A DNA stretch of 32,000 nt from Desulfocapsa sulfexigens DSM 10523 (GTDB lineage Bacteria > Desulfobacterota > Desulfobulbia > Desulfobulbales > Desulfocapsaceae). The DNA lies in NCBI RefSeq assembly GCF_000341395.1, contig NC_020304.1, forward strand, positions 2,790,001 through 2,822,000, given 5' to 3'. Under the pieces are notes generated by a model. That model saw nothing but the letters and a program-made list of their open reading frames with translations. It was not told the origin of the DNA and searched no databases. A program made the position numbers and the translations under genes. This document shows, in pieces, positions 19,558 to 27,440 of the stretch (its first letter is position 1; every line of letters starts with the position of its first letter).

Positions 19558-22500
19558 TTAGGAGGCTTTTGCCTGGCCCCAGCGTTTTTGTTTGTGACTG
19601 ATAAGCGTTTTTTTTCTGTATGACAGCGCTTTGTATCCAAGAATTTTTTCGGTTTCATCCGTGAATTCGCGGCATGGTCTTACTGTCAAATCCTTCAAAA
19701 TTTCAATATCGACCTCTCCCTGGCCGGGAAAATGCATGGTAAGAAGCAGGGGGCAGTTACCGTGGTAGCGGTATAACACCTGTTTCAGGGATTCCAGACG
19801 TTTCCGGCTGATCTTTTCACTGTTAAGCTTGATTTTTATTGACTCCGTATGCTTTTCTCTGGCCTGGGGCAGCAATTCAAGGGATTCGGCAATAATCTTT
19901 GGCCCTCGTTCATCGATTTGCACGGTTCCCTGAACAATTATCGTTTCAGTGGACGAGAGCAGGGGGTAACATTCTGCAAAAGTATTTGGAAAGACGATAA
20001 CCTCCACAGCATTTAGAAGATCTTCAATGGTAATAAAGGCCATAAGATCGCCTTTCTTACTTTTCAGCTGCTTACAGCTGCGGATTAGTCCGCCAATCCT
20101 TACCGGCTGATCTTCACTATATTCAGCAAGACCAGCAATGTCAGTGTCGGTGATGGTTTTAATCTCTGCAATATCCTCATCAAGCGGGTGGCCGGTAATA
20201 TAGAAACCAACAGTTTCCTTTTCCATGGTGAGGCGCTCCCGTTCTTCCCACTCAGGAATATCAGGAAGGATAATTCCGCTTTTGTCCGTTGTGTCCGTTG
20301 CAGGAGACAGGCCAAAAAGAGACATCTGACCGCTTTGTTTGTCACGTTGTACAGCCTTTGCTTTGTCCATGGCCTGGTCAACAATGGCCATGAGTTGAGA
20401 ACGCCTGCAGCCCACCGAATCAAATGAACCTGATTTGATAAGACTTTCGATGACTCGTGAGTTTACTTTTCTTGAATCAACACGGTTACAGAAGTCTTCA
20501 AGGGATGTGTATTTTCCACCAGCTTCCCGTTCCTCAATGATTGAGTGGAGGGCAGACTTCCCGACATTCTTTACAGCGGCAAGTCCAAAACGGACCCTGT
20601 CGTTATGTACCGAGAAATCGATAAGTGATTCATTGATGTCAGGAGGCATCACTTCAATGGAATGCTCTCTGCACTCATTGATATACGAAACAACCTTATC
20701 CGTATTGTTCATGTCGCAGGAGAGGAGGGCGGCCATAAACTGGGCAGGATAATGGGCTTTGAGGTAGGCGGTCTGGTATGAAATAAGGGCGTAGGCAGCA
20801 GAATGGGATTTGTTAAAGCCGTATCCCGCAAATTTTGCCATCAGGTCAAAAACATACTCAGCCTTTTTTTCATCAACATTGTTTTTCTTGGCACCCTCCA
20901 TGAATTTGATTTTTTCTTCATTCATGACCTCGACTTTCTTTTTCCCCATGGCCCGCCGTAAAATATCGGCATCACCCAGGCTGTAATTTGCCAGAATGTT
21001 GGCAATTTTCATAACCTGTTCCTGGTAGACAATAACGCCGTAGGTCTCTTCAAGAACGGGCTTGAGCTGTGGCAGCGGGTAATTGGCAGTGGCCCGGCCA
21101 TGTTTGGTCTCAACAAAATCATCAACCATACCGGAGTCGAGAGGTCCCGGACGATAGAGAGCAACAAGTGCAATGAGATCGCTGAACTGTGCAGGTGCCA
21201 TCTTTACCAGTAGTTCACGCATCCCTGAACTTTCAAGCTGAAAGACACCTAGGGCGTCTCCCGAGCAGAGTAGTTCAAAGGTCTTGATATCATCCATGGG
21301 CAGAGCGTTGATGTCAAGGTCAGTACCAATGTCCGCTTTGATGTGTTTTAAAGCGTAGTCAATTACGGTGAGGGTTTTGAGTCCAAGGAAATCGAATTTG
21401 ATGAGCCCGGTCATTTCAGTATGCTTCATATCATACTGGGTTAATGTCTCTCCTTCTTTTCCCTTGCAGGTAGGCAGATACTCAACCATGGGTTTTGGGG
21501 AGACGACCACGCCGGCTGCATGGGTGGATGTATGGCGAGCAAGTCCTTCAAGGGTCTGGGCGACTTTTATAAGTTCCGCAATGCGTGGATCCTTGTTTGC
21601 TGCATCAGCAAGACGTGGTTCCTCGTCGATGGCCTTGTCAATGGTCATTTTCAGGGCATCGGGAACGAGTTTTGCTATTTTGTCCACTTCATTGAATGGA
21701 ATATCCAGTGCTCTGCCAACGTCCCGGATAACGCCCTTTGCCTTCATAGAGCCAAAGGTGATAATCTGGGCCACATTGGGAGCGCCACCGTACTTCTGAC
21801 GGACATAGTCAATCACTTCACCGCGCCTGTCCTGGCAGAAATCAATATCAAAGTCAGGCATACTGATTCGTTCAGGATTGAGAAATCTCTCGAAAATAAG
21901 ACCGTAGGGAATCGGGTCAATATTAGTGATACGCATGGCATAGGCTGCCAGACTGCCGGCTCCGGATCCACGACCCGGTCCAACGGGAATTTGATGGTCT
22001 ATGGCCCAGTTAATAAAGTCAGCAACAATAAGGAAATATCCGGGAAAACCCATGGAATTGATGATGCCGATTTCATACTCAAGACGCGCCGTATATTGTT
22101 CTTTCACCTCTTTGCTGAAGGTTCCTGCTTCCCGCATTGCAGCAAAGCGATCCTTAAGGCCATCCCGACATGCATCAATAAACATTGTTTCAAGGGTCTC
22201 ACCTTCGGGCACGGGAAATTCTGGGAAATGATACCCCTCAAGATCAATTTCAAGATTACAGCGATCGGCTACTTCAATGGTGTTTGCAAGTGCCTCGGGG
22301 TGATCCCTGAAGCTGTCCTGCATCTCCTCTGGAGTTTTAAAGTAGAAGGTGTCTGAGGAAAAGCTGAAATGTTTTGGGTCATTAATGGTTTTGCCGGTCT
22401 GAATACAGAGCAGGACTTCATGGGCGTGGGCATCTTCCCGATTCAGGTAGTGACAATCGTTGGTGGCAACGAGTTTGATTCCGAGTTCTTTGGATATTGT

Positions 22501-23073
22501 AATAAGACCATGATTGGCGGTCTTCTGTTCAGGAATTGAGTTCTCCTGAAGTTCCAGGTAGAATCTGTCTCCGAAAATATCCTGGAATTGTCTCGCTTTT
22601 TCTCTGGCAGCATCAAGACCTTTGTGAACGACAAGCCAGGGAACTTCTCCATGAAGACAGGCGCTGAGGCAGATTAAACCATCACTGTGGGATTCAAGTA
22701 CCTCCATATCAATTCTGGGTCTGGAGTAGAATCCCTCAAACTGCGCAATTCCGGAGAGTTTCATTAGGTTCTGGTAGCCCTGGTAATTCATGGCCAGCAG
22801 AACTATATGATAGGCTTTGGTAGGAGCAGAGGCATTACGCTCTGTTCGGTGGCCGGGTGCAATATAAAATTCACACCCGACGATGGGTTTTATTCCTTTG
22901 GCCTTTGCCTTCAGGTAAAATTCCAGCGCCCCGTACATGGCACCATGGTCGGTCATTGCGACGGATTCCATTCCATACTTCTTACACTTGGCAAGGAGAT
23001 CTGGAACGCGAATAGCGCCGTCGAGGAGACTGTATTGGGTGTGGACGTGGAGGTGGGCGAATCCGGCTGACAT
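19558..23073 (-). CDS. dnaE: DNA polymerase III alpha subunit
   Basis: 1171 aa with an N-terminal PHP domain (FAHLHVHTQYSLLDGA, MTDHGAMYG), the polymerase core (PGRGSGAGSLAAYAMRITNIDP, MPDFDIDF, FDFLGLKTLT, YGFNKSHSAAYA) and a C-terminal OB-fold region. Confidence 0.97.
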   Translation of the reverse strand: MSAGFAHLHVHTQYSLLDGAIRVPDLLAKCKKYGMESVAMTDHGAMYGALEFYLKAKAKGIKPIVGCEFYIAPGHRTERNASAPTKAYHIVLLAMNYQGYQNLMKLSGIAQFEGFYSRPRIDMEVLESHSDGLICLSACLHGEVPWLVVHKGLDAAREKARQFQDIFGDRFYLELQENSIPEQKTANHGLITISKELGIKLVATNDCHYLNREDAHAHEVLLCIQTGKTINDPKHFSFSSDTFYFKTPEEMQDSFRDHPEALANTIEVADRCNLEIDLEGYHFPEFPVPEGETLETMFIDACRDGLKDRFAAMREAGTFSKEVKEQYTARLEYEIGIINSMGFPGYFLIVADFINWAIDHQIPVGPGRGSGAGSLAAYAMRITNIDPIPYGLIFERFLNPERISMPDFDIDFCQDRRGEVIDYVRQKYGGAPNVAQIITFGSMKAKGVIRDVGRALDIPFNEVDKIAKLVPDALKMTIDKAIDEEPRLADAANKDPRIAELIKVAQTLEGLARHTSTHAAGVVVSPKPMVEYLPTCKGKEGETLTQYDMKHTEMTGLIKFDFLGLKTLTVIDYALKHIKADIGTDLDINALPMDDIKTFELLCSGDALGVFQLESSGMRELLVKMAPAQFSDLIALVALYRPGPLDSGMVDDFVETKHGRATANYPLPQLKPVLEETYGVIVYQEQVMKIANILANYSLGDADILRRAMGKKKVEVMNEEKIKFMEGAKKNNVDEKKAEYVFDLMAKFAGYGFNKSHSAAYALISYQTAYLKAHYPAQFMAALLSCDMNNTDKVVSYINECREHSIEVMPPDINESLIDFSVHNDRVRFGLAAVKNVGKSALHSIIEEREAGGKYTSLEDFCNRVDSRKVNSRVIESLIKSGSFDSVGCRRSQLMAIVDQAMDKAKAVQRDKQSGQMSLFGLSPATDTTDKSGIILPDIPEWEERERLTMEKETVGFYITGHPLDEDIAEIKTITDTDIAGLAEYSEDQPVRIGGLIRSCKQLKSKKGDLMAFITIEDLLNAVEVIVFPNTFAECYPLLSSTETIIVQGTVQIDERGPKIIAESLELLPQAREKHTESIKIKLNSEKISRKRLESLKQVLYRYHGNCPLLLTMHFPGQGEVDIEILKDLTVRPCREFTDETEKILGYKALSYRKKTLISHKQKRWGQAKAS

Positions 23074-23075
23074 GT

Positions 23076-24014
23076 TTATTTGAGTCCCTTTACACCCTCC
23101 TGGAGGGTATTTTCAAAAATACAACCCTCTGTGTCAGCACCGGTGAAATCAACCTGAATGAGGTTTGATCCGGTGAAGTCAGCGCCTGAGAGGTTGGCAT
23201 CCTTAAGATTAGCACCCGGCAGGTTTGTGCTGAGCAGGGTGGCGCCTGAAAGGTTGGCACCTTCAAGATTGGCACGACGCAGATTGGCACGACTAAGATC
23301 AGCTCTTTTGAGGTTGGCACCCTTGAGGTTGGCACCGACAAGATATGCCTTGCGAAGATCGGCATCTTCAAAGTTGCAGTTGGGACAATCCTGAGCCATT
23401 GTCTTCACGCTGTGTTTTACCTCTTCCTGTGAGGTACTCGAAACACTGTTCGTAGAAACGGGGACAGGAACTGGAGTGGCTTCAGGGACGGATTGTGTAG
23501 TGGTTGGTTCGTTGGAACGGCGGGTTGCCTGTCCCTGACTTAAGCTGCTACGGACATAGGCTGTTTTTTTGTCTTTTTTGTTCTTGATGGCCATTCCCTG
23601 GGAATTACCGGAAGAGGCCTTTGCAGTGTAGGCAAGTGCGCCATTACTGGTAAACAGGAGGTACTGATCGCTCTCGGGATCCTTATAGGTTGAATAGCAA
23701 TTTATATCACCAAAATACCAGACGTTAAATTTGATACAGAGTTTTCCATCACTTGCAATATCCCAGGTTCCGAAATCAGTGCTATTGTTAAAGATAGAAC
23801 CCGCAGAAAGGGAACCATCCTGGCTGAAATAGATATAGGAGTCAAAGTCGGAAGAAATGAGGCGAAGCGTGTTTCCGGAGGTCAGGTCAAATATTTCCTG
23901 AGTATTTAATGCAGCAGCTCCTTTTTCCTCAGCTCTGTTGGCAGTGGATGGCGCGCAGTTTGAAAGAGCTAGAAGGACGAAGATGCATAAGAGTTTCGAT
24001 AGGTAGTGAGTCAA
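23076..24014 (-). CDS. exported (possibly lipo-) protein with a C-terminal pentapeptide-repeat beta-helix
   Basis: TTG start has AGGAGA 7 nt upstream. Signal peptide is MTHYLSKLLCIFVLLALSNC (Cys20; lipobox atypical because of Asn at -1). Next come a beta-rich domain (GTWDIASDGKLCIKFNVWYFGDINCY), a T/P/V/S-rich linker, and about 18 consecutive A(D/N)LxG-type pentapeptides (ADLRK AYLVG ANLKG ANLKR ADLSR ANLRR ANLEG ANLSG ...). Confidence 0.75.
   Translation of the reverse strand: MTHYLSKLLCIFVLLALSNCAPSTANRAEEKGAAALNTQEIFDLTSGNTLRLISSDFDSYIYFSQDGSLSAGSIFNNSTDFGTWDIASDGKLCIKFNVWYFGDINCYSTYKDPESDQYLLFTSNGALAYTAKASSGNSQGMAIKNKKDKKTAYVRSSLSQGQATRRSNEPTTTQSVPEATPVPVPVSTNSVSSTSQEEVKHSVKTMAQDCPNCNFEDADLRKAYLVGANLKGANLKRADLSRANLRRANLEGANLSGATLLSTNLPGANLKDANLSGADFTGSNLIQVDFTGADTEGCIFENTLQEGVKGLK
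23109..23378 (-). repeat. coding tandem repeats (15-nt periodicity) of the pentapeptide-repeat region
   Basis: On the + strand AGGTTGGCAC recurs at least 4 times and AGATTGGCACGAC twice within about 200 nt. The periodicity matches the 5-aa repeats of the encoded protein. Confidence 0.7.
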
Positions 24015-24146
24015 AATCTTTCTCCTGTAGAAGAGGAAATGAGCAAAGGTACAAACACAGGGGAGAACATACCATACTCATCGTGACAATGCACTTTGAA
24101 AGGGCCATAAAAATCACGATATTCGGAGAAAAATATATGGAAACTG

Positions 24147-24950
24147 TCAGGCTTTTATGTTGAAACGCTCCTGTAGTTTTTGGTAGGAGACGAGTGTTTC
24201 CTGACGTTCTGATGGGGTTAGGAAGGATTCCAGTTTAGTTCTGAGGATTATGGGATTCATTTCAGAATCGATGGCAATAACACCCTCCATGATAATTTTC
24301 TGCAGCAATAATTCCTGGTTGGTACGTTCTCGGAGAAAGGAGGCGAAGGGAAGGAAAAAGAAATTGGCAAAGACGATGCCGTATAGCGTTGAAGTAAGGG
24401 CGATGGGGACAGCCTTTAAAATAACTGATGTATCTCCAATACCACCAAGCATGGAGATGAGTCCCACAACACTACCGGTGATCCCGAAAGCAGGGAAAAA
24501 GTCAGCAATGGTCCGAAGGACACGCTCTGAATCTTCTCGCCGCATTCTGAAAAAATAGATTTCAGTATTGAGAATGTCGCGTATCTGTTCAACTTTGTAG
24601 CCATCGACAAGGCAGCCGAGAGCACGTCTTAAAAAAAGGATGGAGGTCTCATTCTCTTCCTCCTGAAGGGAGAGAATTCCCTGCATTCGTGATTTAATGG
24701 ATAGATCGATCAGGATACGGACAATCTCAGTTTCTTTCTTGATTTTTTTACCATAATTTGCCCGCAGTACCTTTGAAACAATGCCTAGCTGTTCAATCTT
24801 AAAACTGAGCAGTGCGGCCCCGGCAGTTCCACCCAGTACAATTAGGATTCCTGAGACATTAAAATAGAGACTAAGGTTTCCATTAATAAAAAAGCCTAAA
24901 CAGAAAATAAGGATACAGAGGAGGAGTCCGATAAAGTTTTTATTTTTCAT
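24147..24950 (-). CDS. motA: MotA/PomA-type stator proton (ion) channel protein
   Basis: 267 aa with 4 TM segments. LRRALGCLVDGYKVEQIRDILNTEI, FPAFGITGSVVGLISML and ALTSTLYGIVFANFFFLPFAS are MotA/PomA consensus stretches, including the two conserved prolines. Confidence 0.82.
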   Translation of the reverse strand: MKNKNFIGLLLCILIFCLGFFINGNLSLYFNVSGILIVLGGTAGAALLSFKIEQLGIVSKVLRANYGKKIKKETEIVRILIDLSIKSRMQGILSLQEEENETSILFLRRALGCLVDGYKVEQIRDILNTEIYFFRMRREDSERVLRTIADFFPAFGITGSVVGLISMLGGIGDTSVILKAVPIALTSTLYGIVFANFFFLPFASFLRERTNQELLLQKIIMEGVIAIDSEMNPIILRTKLESFLTPSERQETLVSYQKLQERFNIKA

Positions 24951-24963
24951 AGGGGTATATTTT

Positions 24964-26082
24964 TTATAGGAGGTTATCCGAAGTTGCTTTTATTGCTGGG
25001 GCCAGGCGTTTGGAAATAATGATTTCGACACGTCTGTTTGCAGCACGATTCTCGACATTGGTATTTGGTCTTCTCGGTCGCTGGGACCCGTAGCCTGAAA
25101 CAATAAACTGTGCCGGGTTCATTCCCATTTCATTAATGAGGAATCTGGCAACACTGCTTGCCCGTACAACTGAGAGTTCCCAGTTTGAGGCAAAACGGGA
25201 AGAGTGCATGGGTTGATTGTCTGTGTGACCTATGACGTTGATCATATAAGGAGAATTTTTAATGACTGCAGTAAGTTTTGTAAGAGATTGCCTGGCAGCA
25301 TTTGAGAGGTCAGCCTGACCGGTATAAAAGAGCAGATCCCCGGTAAGAATAATGCGCATGGTTTTATCGGGTACAAGATCTATGGAGGCAAACTGATCCA
25401 GCGCACCGTCGCTGAGAGCCTGTTGACTCATGTCATACATTTCACTGAATGTCGTCGTTTTCTTGACTTCTGGCAACGCCTGCTCTTCTGCTATGATGAT
25501 AGGTGCAGGCTCTATGATGTCTTTTGGCAGGGGGGAGGGGACGGGAGAAGCCATTTCAGGGGGATTGGATTCGGAAATTCTGGATTCATCAACTGCTTTG
25601 TCCAGGGAAGGTTCGACGTAAACGGTATTTTCTTCGAAGATCCCATCGACATCAATATCGTTGATTTGAATTTTTTCGATCTTTTTTACTGTTCCAGAGT
25701 TGATTAGAGGGGCAGGCCGATTCAATGGCATGATAGGAACAATAAGATCACCGTCACCCAGGATATCAAGAGCTTCTGTTGTGCTGCCGCCTATGATTTC
25801 CGGAGTGTTAGTCAGGAGGAATTCTTCGTTAGATGCCTGATAGACAAACATGGTCAGGAAAAGAATAAACATGGTCATCATCAGATCCGACCAGGCAACA
25901 GACCAGTGCACCGGGCGTGAAAGGCGCGCGCGATAGAAGGAATCTTCGATGACAAAACTGTTCATTGAAAAGCTTCCGCCACCTGAAGGGTGTGTCGGAT
26001 AAGTGTGTGAACTAACAGTATCCGCCCCTTCGGGTACATCAGTTAAAGAGTGGTCTGTTGCAATATCTGGCTGCTCGCTCAT
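24964..26082 (-). CDS. motB: MotB/OmpA-family stator protein with a long proline-rich linker
   Basis: A single TM with the conserved Asp (HWSVAWSDLMMTMFILFLTMFV) and a C-terminal OmpA-like peptidoglycan-binding domain (VIGHTDNQPM...SNWELSVVRASSVARFL...NRAANRRVEIII). The start is uncertain: TTG 26163 (track), ATG 26082, or ATG 25965 (MNSFVIED, which gives a canonical short MotB N-terminus). Confidence 0.8.
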   Translation of the reverse strand: MSEQPDIATDHSLTDVPEGADTVSSHTYPTHPSGGGSFSMNSFVIEDSFYRARLSRPVHWSVAWSDLMMTMFILFLTMFVYQASNEEFLLTNTPEIIGGSTTEALDILGDGDLIVPIMPLNRPAPLINSGTVKKIEKIQINDIDVDGIFEENTVYVEPSLDKAVDESRISESNPPEMASPVPSPLPKDIIEPAPIIIAEEQALPEVKKTTTFSEMYDMSQQALSDGALDQFASIDLVPDKTMRIILTGDLLFYTGQADLSNAARQSLTKLTAVIKNSPYMINVIGHTDNQPMHSSRFASNWELSVVRASSVARFLINEMGMNPAQFIVSGYGSQRPRRPNTNVENRAANRRVEIIISKRLAPAIKATSDNLL

Positions 26083-26306
26083 GTATGGTGTCTTGGGTGC
26101 GGTTTGATTAGGTACCTGTAAATCCTTACTCGTATATATATCGGTAGAAAAGCTGAAAATCAAAAGGAATTTGTGAGTAGGTTATTGTTCAGGAGAGCGT
26201 TGTTCGTCGTATGGATGATTGGTTTTCAATTTATAAATCCGCGGATAGTACTGTTTTCCTTGCTGGTCAGCCACTTTTTATCGATATCAATATCAAATTT
26301 CATTGT

Positions 26307-27245
26307 TTAACTGCCTGTATGAAAATATTTCATTTCATACACACTCGATCTGACTTGTCCGGTCTCAAGGGAGGGACCAACCGGCAATGAGGTAGTACCA
26401 TCGAAAAACGCTGGCAATAAATGGCAAAACTCCAGAGTGTCGTACACCGCACGCTCTTTCATTGCTTGTAGTGTGGTGATGTGTGGCTCATTGGTTACCG
26501 TGTCAAAGTAAGTTAATTCACCCGTCACGTCTGATGGAGTATAGTACTTGTGCTGATGGTACGAAAGTTGTTTGATCGCTTGTAAACTTTTGGGGAGCAG
26601 TGGTTCGCTAAGAGCCATAATATTGACCAAAAAACCATTGATAAAGAGTTTGCGCGCATAATTAAAATTTTTGTAAGATCTTAATATGTCATCAATAATC
26701 AATCGCACACCATATTTCTTGTATTCTATACCGTTGGAGAAAATCACCTCTAGATACTGCCTGGCATCTTTGTACATGGCACTGATATCATATGCCTTGT
26801 GGCTATTTGCATCTTTCTCCAAGCAGCAGTCGATTACACATTCGATTTCGCGATGTTTTTGCACAGCAATCTTTCGTTTAACAGGATCTGTGTCGTAAGA
26901 GTTCCCGGTCATATAATAGACGAAAGGGTGAAAATTGATATCGACGAAGATATGGGAAGCAAAACCGATTGTAAAGGCTCGTACTACCGCCTTATCAGGT
27001 TTGTCGGCTTGGTTGTACAGATTAATCAGTCCCTCGACAAAATAGAAACTATCTTCTTTGTTGGAACCATGAAACTTGTCAGGCAACCTAGCCAGTATTT
27101 CTTTGTCCCTTTTGATGTAGTAATAGAGCACATCATGAAAAACAGCACCTAGCAAGACAACGTTTCTGTATTCAGGTCTGATATTGATCGTTCTATGTTT
27201 GCACACTTCATCGGCTATCAGCCAATGGGTCACTTCTTTTGGCAT
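26307..27245 (-). CDS. zinc-dependent phospholipase C family-like protein (PLC / S1-P1 nuclease fold), cytoplasmic
   Basis: There is no signal peptide. His/Asp-rich motifs are spaced as in the bacterial 'zinc dependent phospholipase C' family: THWLIADEV near the N-terminus, LLGAVFHDVLYY, KFHGSN, and GFASHIFVDINFHPFVYY. The assignment is by motif pattern only. Confidence 0.5.
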   Translation of the reverse strand: MPKEVTHWLIADEVCKHRTINIRPEYRNVVLLGAVFHDVLYYYIKRDKEILARLPDKFHGSNKEDSFYFVEGLINLYNQADKPDKAVVRAFTIGFASHIFVDINFHPFVYYMTGNSYDTDPVKRKIAVQKHREIECVIDCCLEKDANSHKAYDISAMYKDARQYLEVIFSNGIEYKKYGVRLIIDDILRSYKNFNYARKLFINGFLVNIMALSEPLLPKSLQAIKQLSYHQHKYYTPSDVTGELTYFDTVTNEPHITTLQAMKERAVYDTLEFCHLLPAFFDGTTSLPVGPSLETGQVRSSVYEMKYFHTGS

Positions 27246-27331
27246 CAAGTACCCTTTTATAATGACATTATTTGTACATTTTTCATCTGGTCCCTTTTAC
27301 TTCACGTATGCGCGAAAAGCTTTTTTTGTCA

Positions 27332-27360
27332 ATTATCATATATCGTTTAGGTGGGTTCAA
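27332..27360 (-). promoter_or_regulatory. candidate sigma-70 promoter for the PLC-like gene
   Basis: On the minus strand: TTGAAC (27360-27355), 17-nt spacer, GATAAT (27337-27332), about 85 nt upstream of ATG 27245. Confidence 0.3.
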
Positions 27361-27440
27361 AATTTCGGAGTATCCTCCAGCTGGTCAATCCACGCTGAGG
27401 TCTGGCCATGTTATCAAGTTACAACTAAAGATTAACATCC

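Noticed and set aside
21520-22356. 278-aa ORF on the + strand inside dnaE
   Set aside because: It lies entirely antisense to the most conserved part of dnaE. It has no recognisable motifs and no Shine-Dalgarno. Long antisense ORFs are common opposite strongly biased genes.
23158-23394. 78-aa + strand ORF rich in Arg/Leu/Ala (MRFDPVKSAPERLASLRLAPGRF...)
   Set aside because: It is the antisense reading of the pentapeptide-repeat codons. Its periodic low-complexity composition is a by-product of the repeat, and it has no ribosome-binding site.
24088-24108. Sigma-54-like element on the minus strand (TGGCCC...TGCA) upstream of the pentapeptide-repeat gene, and another near 26259-26274 (TGGCTG...GCAA)
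   Set aside because: GG-to-GC spacing is off by 2-3 nt from the strict -24/-12 geometry in both cases.
24147-26163. Possible Zorya-type (ZorA/ZorB) anti-phage system, because of a MotA/MotB-like pair without flagellar neighbours
   Set aside because: The MotA-like protein is only 267 aa and lacks the long C-terminal coiled-coil tail of ZorA. No ZorC/ZorD-like (helicase/nuclease) genes follow; the next genes are a pentapeptide-repeat protein and dnaE.
26226-26303. 25-aa mini-ORF (MKFDIDIDKKWLTSKENSTIRGFIN) right after the PLC-like gene stop
   Set aside because: It has no Shine-Dalgarno and no features beyond being open. It is too short to support without conservation or ribosome-profiling data.
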